From assembly GCA_965219535.1 (NCBI GenBank), contig CBDCNV010000002.1, forward strand, positions 1,500,001-1,532,000: a stretch of DNA of 32,000 bases. Direction: 5' to 3'. The position numbers and the translations under genes are program-made. The notes below the pieces were generated by a model that saw only the letters and a program-made list of their open reading frames with translations, searched no databases and had not been told where the DNA came from. Shown piece by piece: positions 1-7,434 of the stretch. The stretch's first letter is position 1; each line of letters starts with the position of its first letter. This DNA comes from Opitutales bacterium (GTDB lineage Bacteria; Verrucomicrobiota; Verrucomicrobiia; Opitutales; PNEW01).

Positions 1-1230
1 CTGGTAGGTTAAATCGTCACCGCTGGCAGCAACGGACAAACTCGCGGATGCACCGGATGCAATTTCCTGGCTTGCAGGTTGGGTCGTGATCGCAGGAGCA
101 GCAGCGGGTGGGGGACCCTCTGATCCGCTACCCGGGAATCCAACCGGGGTATATCCAAAATCGTCGATGCAAGTAGTACCGTCTTCATTATTAGTAGGGT
201 GATCTCTCAATACAATTCTACTTATACCATCTGGTATCCCTAAGTCACCTGCATTAATATTTACAGAACCGGGTTTAAAGAGGGGGTCAACAGAAGATTC
301 TAAATTATCAATCGTAACGACTAAGTTGTCGTTTGTATCATATACGTCGATAAATCCATCTGGTAAAATCCCTTCTTTTGGTGGTGTACCCTGAGTTGCG
401 AACACATCAATTTTATAGGCCGGTGTTTCAAAAGTGATCGTTGCTTCCACACCATTCGTTACTCCATATGCATAAGCTGCAGATCGGACATTGCACCCGA
501 AACGAGCGAATTCAGAATGAACAGCTCCTCCCTCAATAGTAGCAATATAAGGCGGCATCCCAAGGATTATCGGTTCAAACTCCCCATCACCTGCACCATA
601 TGTATCAAACTCTTCGTAAACAGTGTTGTTTGAGGGGAAGTCGGTCAGGGTGAATCCGAGGTCATCGATCACCAGTTTTCCCGTAACATTTAAAAACTTA
701 ACGTTATTTATCCCGTTATGGAAATCAAGATCGGTGTTATCAAAAAAACTGCCGCTGTCTCCGACCCAGCTATATAAAGTCGGATTGGCACCGGGGCTTA
801 TATTTGCCGGTAGTCCTGTGATAACAGCACCAGCTTCAATACCACCGAGGACGAGTTCAGTGTGCCTATCAGCGCCTCCGGAAGCACCGACATTTTTAAT
901 CCCTCTTACTTCTATTTTGCCCGCCCCTGTCGATTCACCCGCGTATAATTGAAGAAATTGTAGCCCTCTGCTGGAGATTATTTGCCCCTCCTGTCCGGGG
1001 CCCAGGGTGAGCGCCTTGGTTCCCGAATGTAATTGCGCCGGATCTTCTAAAGTTTCCACCGTGAAACCGACCAAGGTAATCACGTTTGGCTCCTCGCCGA
1101 TGAAGATCGTCCCTTCTCCACTGACATTTTCAAAATCGGTGAATATTTCCAGATCTTGAGGGAGGGCGATGAGAAGAAGAGGTGAAAAAACTGAGAAAAT
1201 AATGAGTGTTAGAGTATTTTTGAATGACAT
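1..1230 (-). CDS. secreted protein of unknown function; C-terminus runs off the window start
   Basis: The minus-strand frame is open from the ATG (1230-1228) to position 1. It is absent from the ORF track because it has no stop in the window. My translation starts MSFKNTLTLIIFSVFSPLLLIALPQDLEIF, a signal-peptide-like N-terminus. The distal part reads ITTQPASQEIASGASASLSVAASGDDLTYQ, an Ig-like repeat signature. Confidence 0.6.
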   Translation of the reverse strand, partial: MSFKNTLTLIIFSVFSPLLLIALPQDLEIFTDFENVSGEGTIFIGEEPNVITLVGFTVETLEDPAQLHSGTKALTLGPGQEGQIISSRGLQFLQLYAGESTGAGKIEVRGIKNVGASGGADRHTELVLGGIEAGAVITGLPANISPGANPTLYSWVGDSGSFFDNTDLDFHNGINNVKFLNVTGKLVIDDLGFTLTDFPSNNTVYEEFDTYGAGDGEFEPIILGMPPYIATIEGGAVHSEFARFGCNVRSAAYAYGVTNGVEATITFETPAYKIDVFATQGTPPKEGILPDGFIDVYDTNDNLVVTIDNLESSVDPLFKPGSVNINAGDLGIPDGISRIVLRDHPTNNEDGTTCIDDFGYTPVGFPGSGSEGPPPAAAPAITTQPASQEIASGASASLSVAASGDDLTYQ

Positions 1231-1302
1231 GGCGATCCCTGATAAAGCGTTAAAATATAAGTGATTGAAATTTATTAAGAGGTGTTATCCGGGTGTCAAA
1301 TT

Positions 1303-1316
1303 TTATCCGCGGATAA
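1303..1316. promoter_or_regulatory. perfect 14-bp palindrome TTATCCGCGGATAA upstream of the secreted-protein gene (candidate operator)
   Basis: Read directly from the sequence. It lies about 75 bp upstream of the ATG at 1230. Related half-sites GTGYTATCYGCG occur at 1282-1293, 1722-1733 and 1801-1812. Confidence 0.3.
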
Positions 1317-1336
1317 CGCGGATGGGAAATAGAGGA

Positions 1337-1465
1337 GTCGAAAGTCGAAGATCGATCAGGGAATAGCCACAAAAAGCACAAAAGGCACAAAACCGAAATT
1401 TGCACCGCAGAGGCGCAGAGGTGGAATTGGAGGAGTCTAAAGTCTAAGGTCGAAAGTCGAAAGTG
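1337..1465. repeat. spacer word arrays: forward GTCGAAR/GTCTAAR heptamers plus a CACAAAARG nonamer run
   Basis: GTCGAAAGTCGAAG lies at 1337-1350. A 3 x 9-nt run CACAAAAAG CACAAAAGG CACAAAACC lies at 1368-1394. GTCTAAA GTCTAAG GTCGAAA GTCGAAA lies at 1435-1462. Confidence 0.9.
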
Positions 1466-1485
1466 GGAAAAAGCAAAATGTTGTT

Positions 1486-1655
1486 CAGGTGAAACACGGT
1501 GCATGATCTCAATGTCATCCATCCCGCAGATGCGGGAGGATTGACAATGGCTATTCCTAACGCGTTTTTTAAAATCATGATTTTTAAAAACGCGTAGGAA
1601 ACAGCCGACACTCAGCTGTGCTGAGTTATTGCGATCAAGCACCGTGTTTCACCTG
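1486..1655. other. 170-bp element closed by a perfect 17-bp inverted repeat with three internal hairpins (structured RNA or MITE candidate)
   Basis: CAGGTGAAACACGGTGC (1486-1502) pairs with GCACCGTGTTTCACCTG (1639-1655). Inside are a CCCGC/GCGGG hairpin (1523-1536), a 36-bp near-perfect palindrome ACGCGTTTTTTAAAATCATGATTTTTAAAAACGCGT (1560-1595) and an ACTCAGC-TGT-GCTGAGT hairpin (1610-1626). Confidence 0.6.
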
Positions 1656-1821
1656 ATAGTTGTTCTCTGTCATACTATAAAATCCATAGTAATGTCTTTT
1701 CTCCAACTTAATTCCTAATCCGTGCTATCTGCGTCACCCGCGGTTCACTCTCCCCGATCTTCCCGGCTTTCCTGTAAAATCTTTATAATTTATTTCATCT
1801 GTGTTATCTGCGGTTCAATTT

Positions 1822-1867
1822 CTTAACCTAAAACCTAACACTTAAAACTTAACACGCGCTTTAGCGC
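1822..1867. repeat. reverse-orientation TTARGTK heptamer array followed by a GCGC hairpin
   Basis: CCTAAAA CCTAACA CTTAAAA CTTAACA lies at 1827-1854, followed by GCGCTTTAGCGC. On the minus strand this sits directly downstream of the stop of the flavoprotein gene. Confidence 0.85.
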
Positions 1868-1887
1868 TTCTCTGCGGTGAATGGGAT

Positions 1888-3531
1888 CTATCTTAAGTTC
1901 GAGAGATCATAGTCGGGGTGGTTTTCGGTGATTGCCTGGAGTTGGATCTGCGTAAAGTTGGGATCGTTGAGGGCTAGCTTGTCAAAATACACGAGCACTT
2001 GTCCCTGCTCCATCAAGGTGTTCTGTAGTTCCTGCACATCGATGTTCCGCGGTGCACACTCATTAACGACCGCCATCGAAGCGGCCTGACCGGCAGCTTG
2101 CCCGAGTGCCATCCAGACGGGCTCCATTCGAAGTGACGAAAAGGCGACGTTCGACGATGAGAGGGAAGCGGTGACAAGAAGGCCGTTAACTTTTTCCGGG
2201 AGGATTGCCCGGTAGGGGATGGTTGCCGGCCGGTTCGGTGACTTCAGTCGATTGCGGAACCAGATGGTACCTTCGAGGAGTTGAAACCCATCGCTCGTTT
2301 CGGCGATGGCGCCTTCATCTTCCCGGTTGCGGCAGGCATGACCGTCAAAGCTGTGTTCACAGATACCGATTGTGTCCTTGTGTATAGGTGGGCGGAGCCG
2401 TCTTTCCGGGGGTTTGGAATCATGTTCGGTTATTGTATACTCGCCCTGTATTCGGCGACCCTGACGCACGTAAAGTTGCCAGGGGAAATGTTCACTATCC
2501 GGGTATTCGTCAGCGGGTAAGCCGAAGCGTGAGACTTCTGTTTGCGGCACGCGGGCTACGGCCGGATCATTTTGCATAAAGTAAAGTAAACCCAGGGTAT
2601 AATCTTTGTATTGCTTGTATAATTTATCTCTGGTTTCCCAGTTCCCGTCCGGCCAGCCGCTGCAGAGTGTCGCGAGATCGATACTGGTTAATGCTTCGAT
2701 GTGTCCGTTGACGCAGTATTTCCTGTTCGCAAGTGGATTGAGCCAGAGGATCTCTGCCAGACAGCGTACCCTTCCGGTTGTGAAGTCGGTAAGTATGCTT
2801 TTGTACATAGGGTAGAAATCATCATACGCATCCGGCTTGGCAATGGGTACGCGTTTTTCCGGATCATCAGTTAGTGTAAGTCGAAAACAGAACGCCTGAA
2901 TAAGGTCACTCGGTTCACCTGTACTCAGCGGGTGTAACTCCTGGTGGTTTTGGCGCCAGTCGTGGTAAATAATGCCGGCGTATTTCTCATCATAGTCCTT
3001 ACGTCCCTCTCGTCCAGCGCGGTAGCTCACTCCCGCTGCGGCAGCGAAATCCCCTTCGTAGGTGCCGTCGATGGCGACCTTGTGCTGAATGGTAATTGTG
3101 TTGTTGTTCGCTCGGTCGAGGTAACGTGAACCGAGGACGGTATCGCCTTCCTTAATTACCTCACTCAGTTCAAGATTTTTGAAAGTCTGAAGATTAGTTT
3201 CCGCGGCAATCATCTGATCGAGAATTTTTTCAGAAACACCGGGCTCCATGAAACGCCCCCCGAGAGTCAGGCTGTACTGGTCAGAACCGGGTCCGTATTG
3301 GGTTTCATAATAGGTGCGAATGTGCGAAAGAAATTCTGTGTGGATGCCACCAAAAGCATTCTCCCGGAGGGAATCGACAAGGCCCAGTCCCGAGGCTGCC
3401 ATGCCCCCAAAATGATTGCCGCGTTCGATGAGGATAGTTTTGCGACCGCAGCGCGCCGATGCGAGGGCGGCGGTAATGCCCGCTACCGTACCCCCGTAGA
3501 CGAGGATTTCGTATGTCTTTTCTTTTTCCAT
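1888..3531 (-). CDS. FAD-dependent oxidoreductase (FAD_oxidored / PF12831-like)
   Basis: 547-aa ORF. The N-terminus has a dinucleotide-binding motif, ILVYGGTVAGITAALASARCGRKTILIERG (GxGxxG followed by an acidic residue). The size and the C-terminal MALGQAAGQAA segment fit this flavoprotein family, recalled from memory. Confidence 0.75.
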   Translation of the reverse strand: MEKEKTYEILVYGGTVAGITAALASARCGRKTILIERGNHFGGMAASGLGLVDSLRENAFGGIHTEFLSHIRTYYETQYGPGSDQYSLTLGGRFMEPGVSEKILDQMIAAETNLQTFKNLELSEVIKEGDTVLGSRYLDRANNNTITIQHKVAIDGTYEGDFAAAAGVSYRAGREGRKDYDEKYAGIIYHDWRQNHQELHPLSTGEPSDLIQAFCFRLTLTDDPEKRVPIAKPDAYDDFYPMYKSILTDFTTGRVRCLAEILWLNPLANRKYCVNGHIEALTSIDLATLCSGWPDGNWETRDKLYKQYKDYTLGLLYFMQNDPAVARVPQTEVSRFGLPADEYPDSEHFPWQLYVRQGRRIQGEYTITEHDSKPPERRLRPPIHKDTIGICEHSFDGHACRNREDEGAIAETSDGFQLLEGTIWFRNRLKSPNRPATIPYRAILPEKVNGLLVTASLSSSNVAFSSLRMEPVWMALGQAAGQAASMAVVNECAPRNIDVQELQNTLMEQGQVLVYFDKLALNDPNFTQIQLQAITENHPDYDLSNLR

Positions 3532-3545
3532 GGATTGTTATGAGA

Positions 3546-3797
3546 GTCTAAGGTCGAAGGTCGAAAGTCAAAGGGGAAGAGAGGGGAGAGAAATCAGTGA
3601 ACAGTGAACAGTGAACAGTGAAGAATAGAGTGAACAGTGATTCATATGCGGATAGACGCGGACGCGATCAGCCGACGCCCGTTGGGCTATGGCCGACAGG
3701 CACCATGCGTCCTCCATTGAATTTTGACGAAGACGATGAGGCAGACGAAGACGAAGGTGGCTTTTAGCGCCTAAAACCTAACACCTAAAACTTAACA
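3546..3797. repeat. spacer mosaic made of five module types
   Basis: Modules in order: GTCTAAG GTCGAAG GTCGAAA GTCAAAG (3546-3573); GTGAACA heptamers (3597-3640); a GCGGACGCG...GGCTATGGCCGAC...GTCCTCCATTG module (3655-3719); TTTTGAC fused to 2 x 18-mer GACGAAGACGAWGRKGSC (3722-3761); reversed heptamers CCTAAAA CCTAACA CCTAAAA CTTAACA (3770-3797). Confidence 0.9.
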
Positions 3798-3800
3798 CTT

Positions 3801-3834
3801 ATGCAATGGCTCAAGTTTCCTTGAGCCAATGCAT
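3801..3834 (-). other. hairpin spanning the stop codon of the epimerase C-terminal ORF
   Basis: ATGCAATGGCTCAAG (3801-3815) pairs with CTTGAGCCAATGCAT (3820-3834): 15-bp arms, one mismatch, 4-nt loop. The stop (3811-3813) lies in one arm. There is no U-tract. Confidence 0.5.
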
Positions 3835-4812
3835 AAAATCGCTGTCGCGCCAGGTGTATTGGGGTTGGTAGCCGAGGAGCTGTGTTGCCTTGGCGTGGGA
3901 GACGAGGGTTGCGTAACCTTCAAGCGATTCCTTGAGCGGCACTTGGGGGTAGTATTGTTCAACGAGTGTTTTTGATTCCGTAGTGCTGCAGGTGTCGTCG
4001 GCGTTGATAAGAAAGACGTCGTGTAAGATCTGTGTATTCTCAATCGCGAGACGGAAGGATTGGATGGCATCTCTTACATCGGTGACTGCCCAGAGCAAAC
4101 TGCGTGGGGAGGGTGGTCCCGGCATCTCTTACATCGGTGACTGCCCAGAGCAAACTGCGTGGGGAGGGTGGTCCCGGCCGTGGCCCCCTTCGGGGTCTTC
4201 GATGACTTTGCGATAGCGTTTCTGCCAGAACTCTTCAACCGAGAGACCTTTAGCCCAACCTGTCTGGACGGCGATACTGGCACCCTCGCGGTCAAGACAC
4301 CAATTGTGATTGATGCGCAGGCAGATAGTCTGTAACCCGTAGAGTTCGGTGTAACGCTTGCACACCTGCTCAGCGAGCAGTTTGCTCATTCCGTATTCGT
4401 CCTGTGGCGCGCAGGGGTGTTCCTCGTCGAGAGGGAGGTATTCAGGGATGATCTCGTTTGACTGAAATGAAAATCCGGTCGCCGCGCCGGATGAGGCGAA
4501 GACAAATTTTTTTATACCCGCGGAAACCGCAGCTTCGATTACGTTCACCGTTCCCATGACATTGAGATGCAGCAGCTCTTTAGTCGTTGCACGACCAGGT
4601 CCCGGCACCGCGGCGAGGTGAATGACAGCATCGTGACCCTGGCAAGCGGACTTGAGTCGATCGCGGTCATTAATGTCGCCCTCGATCCAGTCGGCATGAT
4701 CTTCAATTGGTTTGCTGCGGCTGTAGGAGGAAAGAGAGTAGCCATAGCGTTTTAATCCGCGCAGCAGATAGCTGCCAATCACGCCGCTTCCGCCTGTCAC
4801 CATGATTTGCAT
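3811..4812 (-). pseudogene. NAD-dependent epimerase/dehydratase (extended SDR), split into 227-aa and 104-aa ORFs
   Basis: The N-terminal ORF (4129-4812) has the Rossmann motif MVTGGSGVIGSYL and YGMSK (YxxxK). The C-terminal ORF (3811-4125) continues the fold (SLLWAVTDVRDAIQSFRLAIE). The break coincides with a 55-bp tandem duplication. The junction reads ATG TAA GAG ATG, with both ORFs in the same frame. Confidence 0.7.
4066..4178. repeat. perfect 55-bp tandem duplication inside the epimerase gene
   Basis: Segments 4066-4120 and 4121-4175 are identical (GGCATCTCTTACATCGGTGACTGCCCAGAGCAAACTGCGTGGGGAGGGTGGTCCC), and 3 further nt (4176-4178) continue the repeat. Confidence 0.9.
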
Positions 4813-4820
4813 GGGGAATA

Positions 4821-5119
4821 GTCAAAAAGTCATATCAATTGCCGATTTGAGGGATGTCGGGCTTCGCCCTCGGTACGGATTGTCGATTTTCGATTGAAGA
4901 TTAGATAGCCACAAGAGGCACAAAAGACACAAGAAAGAAATTTAACCACGAATGAACACGAATGATTTGAAGGAGTCGAAGGTCGAAAGTCAAAAGGGAA
5001 GAGGGGGGAAGCGCATTCGCGCGTGTTAAGTTTTAGGTGTTAGGTTTTAGTTGAAATATTTAGATGTGCGAAGATGAATAAAACCCTATGCATTCGACTT
5101 TTGACCTTTGACTTTAGAC
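4821..5119. repeat. divergent-gene spacer mosaic bounded by inverted GTC-A-run arrays
   Basis: Modules in order: GTCAAAAAGTCA (4821-4832); a 29-nt module GATGTCGGGCTTCGCCCTCGGTACGGATT (4853-4881); ATAGCCACAAGAGGCACAAAAGACACAAG (about 4904-4932); GTCGAAG GTCGAAA GTCAAAAG (4975-4996); a GCGC hairpin; TTAAGTT TTAGGTG TTAGGTT (5023-5050); reverse arm TTCGAC TTTTGAC CTTTGAC TTTAGAC (5093-5119). Confidence 0.9.
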
Positions 5120-5124
5120 ATTTG

Positions 5125-5146
5125 AAGGTTGCAGACTTGCAACCTT
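5125..5146 (+). promoter_or_regulatory. hairpin/palindrome abutting the AKR start codon
   Basis: AAGGTTGCA (5125-5133), a 4-nt loop GACT, then TGCAACCTT (5138-5146). The ATG at 5147 follows immediately. Confidence 0.45.
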
Positions 5147-6126
5147 ATGGACTATGTGAATTTTGGATCGGCGGGGTTGAAGGTGAGTCGGTTGGCTTTG
5201 GGCCTGGGTTTTCGGGGGCAGAAGAGTGAAGTAGAAGCACAGCGGGTGGTTGAACATGCGATCGAGCGGGGTATTAACCTGCTCGACTGTGCCAATGTCT
5301 ACGGTATGATGGATAATCGCGAAAACAGCGGGGGTTCCGAAATTGTCCTGGGTAAAGCGCTCAAAGGTAAACGCGACGAGGTGGTCATCACTTCAAAAGT
5401 ATGTAGTTCTATCGGACCGGGGCCTAACGATAACGGTCTGTCCCGGTATCATATCCTGCGTGAAGTAGAGCGCTCACTCAAACGACTGGAAACTGATCAT
5501 CTCGATGTCTATCTCGTTCACAGTTTCGACAATAGCAGCCCTCTCGAAGAAACGATGCGGGCCCTGGATGACCTGGTGCACAGTGGAAAAGTACGCTACA
5601 TCGGCTGTTGCAATTTTGCCGCCTGGCAGGTCTGCCGCGCGTTGTGGATTTCGGATGTAAAACATCTCACCCCTTTCATGTGTGTGCAAAACAGTTATAA
5701 CCTGCTCAATCGCAAACTTGAAACTGAGCTGTTCGGTCTGGTGCGGGAGCAGGGTTTGGGTGTAATGGTTTATTCACCGCTCGCGGTGGGGCTTCTCAGC
5801 GGGGACTATATTCCCGGCCAGCCACTGCCCGCAGGTTCACACTGGGACCGTTCCGATCGATCGCTGGATGAACTGTTTCAAGATGCCGGGGGGGAGCGGT
5901 AACCACCCTGATCGACATGGCAAAATAAATCGGAAAGACCCCCGCCCAACTGGCCCTCGCCTGGGTGCTTTCGCAACCCGAAGTAACGGTTGCTATTACC
6001 GGTGGCGACACCATCCAGCACCTCGATGACAATCTCGGTGCGCTCGATATCGAACTGGATGATGCCGTGCGAGAAAAGCTGAATACAGTGTCGGAAGTGT
6101 TTGTTAAAGATGCGTTGGATGTTTGA
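5147..6126 (+). pseudogene. aldo/keto reductase with a frameshift in a G7 tract and an in-frame TAA
   Basis: The gene starts MDYVNFGSAGLKVSRLALG, a typical AKR N-terminus; the track's TTG at 5129 lies in the repeat arm. The frame breaks at GGGGGGG (5888-5894), and adding one G restores ...DAGGGAVTTLIDMAK. The continuing frame has a TAA at 5926-5928, then IGKTPAQLALAWVLSQPEVTVAITGGDTIQHLDDNLGAL up to the stop at 6124-6126. Confidence 0.75.
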
Positions 6127-6149
6127 TGACGCATCATGCGTCGTCAAAC
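6121..6149 (+). other. 29-bp near-perfect palindrome spanning the AKR stop codon
   Basis: GTTTGATGACGCAT (6121-6134) pairs with ATGCGTCGTCAAAC (6136-6149), with one mismatch in 14. The TGA stop is at 6124-6126. Confidence 0.5.
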
Positions 6150-6525
6150 ATCGAAGGTCAAAAGGGAAGAGCGCCAAAGCGCGTGGTAAGTATCAGGTTT
6201 AAGATGAATAGGTGGAGCGGGCTGTCCCAGCGCGCTTCCGACATCTGATATTCCAGGAGGCTGTCATTATGCAACCGACATTCCCCTGGATTGCCGCGCT
6301 ACGCTCGCAATGACAAAAGGGGAAAAATATACGCGGGTGCGCGCTTTTAGTCGAAGGTCTAAGGTCTAAAGTCGAAAGGGAAGAGCGCTGGAGCGCGATT
6401 TAAGTATTAGGTTTTAGGTGAAGTACGTTAAAAGTCGAAGGTCGTAAGTTTAAAGTGGGGACAACAGCAAACCATGGACGGTGCATCTCATATTCACATT
6501 CGACTTTTGACCTTTGACTTTTGAC
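6143..6525. repeat. spacer mosaic bounded by inverted GTC-A-run arrays
   Basis: Forward units lie at 6143-6164, 6350-6377 (GTCGAAG GTCTAAG GTCTAAA GTCGAAA) and 6434-6454. Also present: GAGCGC-N4-GCGCG hairpins with TTAGG-type words (6169-6203, 6383-6423); a GGTGGAGCGGGCTGTCCCAGCGCGC module (6211-6235); a half copy of the CTCGCAATGACAA hairpin element (6262-6316). The reverse arm TTCGAC TTTTGAC CTTTGAC TTTTGAC is at 6499-6525. Confidence 0.9.
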
Positions 6526-6547
6526 TCCGATTTTAAAAAAATCGGAG
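6525..6547 (+). promoter_or_regulatory. 9-bp hairpin directly upstream of the methyltransferase start codon; includes the only SD-like GGAG
   Basis: CTCCGATTT (6525-6533) pairs with AAATCGGAG (6539-6547). The ATG is at 6550. Confidence 0.45.
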
Positions 6548-6549
6548 CC

Positions 6550-7281
6550 ATGAGCAGAGTAATTTCATTTATATACGGTGTTGTTGGGCATGTGGGGTTC
6601 TTGTTGGTGTTTTTATACCTGGTCGGATTTCTTGCTAATTTTTGTGTTCCAAAGGGTATAGATTCGGGTGAAGTGGGGCCCACTGGTATGGCGCTTTTAA
6701 TTAATATTCTTTTGCTCGCGATATTCGGGATCCAACACAGCGTCATGGCGCGACCGGGTTTCAAGAAGTGGTGGACTGGATTTGTCCCCAACCACATTGA
6801 GCGAAGCACTTATGTGCATATCAGTAATTTGCTCTTCATCCTTCTTTTCTGGTTATGGCAGCCGATGCCGGGAGTGATATGGCATGTTGAGAATGAAATA
6901 GGTTCAATCGTTTTATGGTGCCTCTTTGGGATCGGTTGGTTGATCGTCTTTCTCTCTTCATTGATGATTAATCATTTTGATCTTTTTGGCACGCGCCAGG
7001 TTTACCTGCATCTTCGAAAACAGGAATATACACAACTCGAATTTAAAACCAGGGGGTTCTATAAAATCATCCGTCATCCAATTATGCTGGGATGGATAAT
7101 AGCCTTCTGGGCGACGCCGCATATGTCAGTCGGCCATCTTGTTTATGCTATCGGTACCACGGTATACATTTTAATTGCGATTAAATTTGAGGAGAGAGAT
7201 TTAGTAAATTTCCTTGGTGAAGCCTATGAAAATTACCGCCGTGAAGTATCTATGTTGATACCGATGAAGAAGAAGCGCTAA
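6550..7281 (+). CDS. polytopic membrane methyltransferase, PEMT/ICMT superfamily (MddA-like candidate)
   Basis: The start was moved to the ATG at 6550 (MSRVISFIYG...) because the track's start lies in the repeat arm. The protein has several hydrophobic helices. Its C-terminal signature is RHPIMLGWIIAFWATPHMS...EERDLVNFLGEAYENYRREV, and the QHSVMARPGFKKWW segment resembles methanethiol S-methyltransferase-type proteins as I recall them. Confidence 0.6.
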   Translation: MSRVISFIYGVVGHVGFLLVFLYLVGFLANFCVPKGIDSGEVGPTGMALLINILLLAIFGIQHSVMARPGFKKWWTGFVPNHIERSTYVHISNLLFILLFWLWQPMPGVIWHVENEIGSIVLWCLFGIGWLIVFLSSLMINHFDLFGTRQVYLHLRKQEYTQLEFKTRGFYKIIRHPIMLGWIIAFWATPHMSVGHLVYAIGTTVYILIAIKFEERDLVNFLGEAYENYRREVSMLIPMKKKR

Positions 7282-7287
7282 AGCGCT

Positions 7288-7412
7288 GTCAAAAGTCTAA
7301 GGTCGAAAGTCGAAAGCGGGGAGAATCAGTGAACAGTGGAGTATGCTCTACATATATTCTTTTCTGCATTTGCGCAATATAGCGTTCGACTTTAGACCTT
7401 TGACATTTTGAC
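7288..7412. repeat. spacer bounded by inverted GTC-A-run arrays
   Basis: The forward arm GTCAAAA GTCTAAG GTCGAAA GTCGAAA is at 7288-7315. GTGAACAGTGG is at about 7328-7338. The reverse arm TTCGAC TTTAGAC CTTTGAC ATTTTGAC is at 7385-7412. Confidence 0.9.
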
Positions 7413-7434
7413 TCAGAAATCAGAGATTTCAGCA

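Noticed and set aside
1250-1642. 130-aa minus-strand ORF in the first long spacer
   Set aside because: It is translated entirely from word arrays (GTCGAAAG, CACAAAAG) and from the inverted-repeat element. It has no recognisable protein features, so I treat it as spurious.
3792-4295. Alternative-frame ORFs (3792-4070, 4074-4295) across the epimerase break
   Set aside because: They are out-of-frame readings of the duplicated 55-bp unit and of epimerase coding sequence, and they have no independent support.
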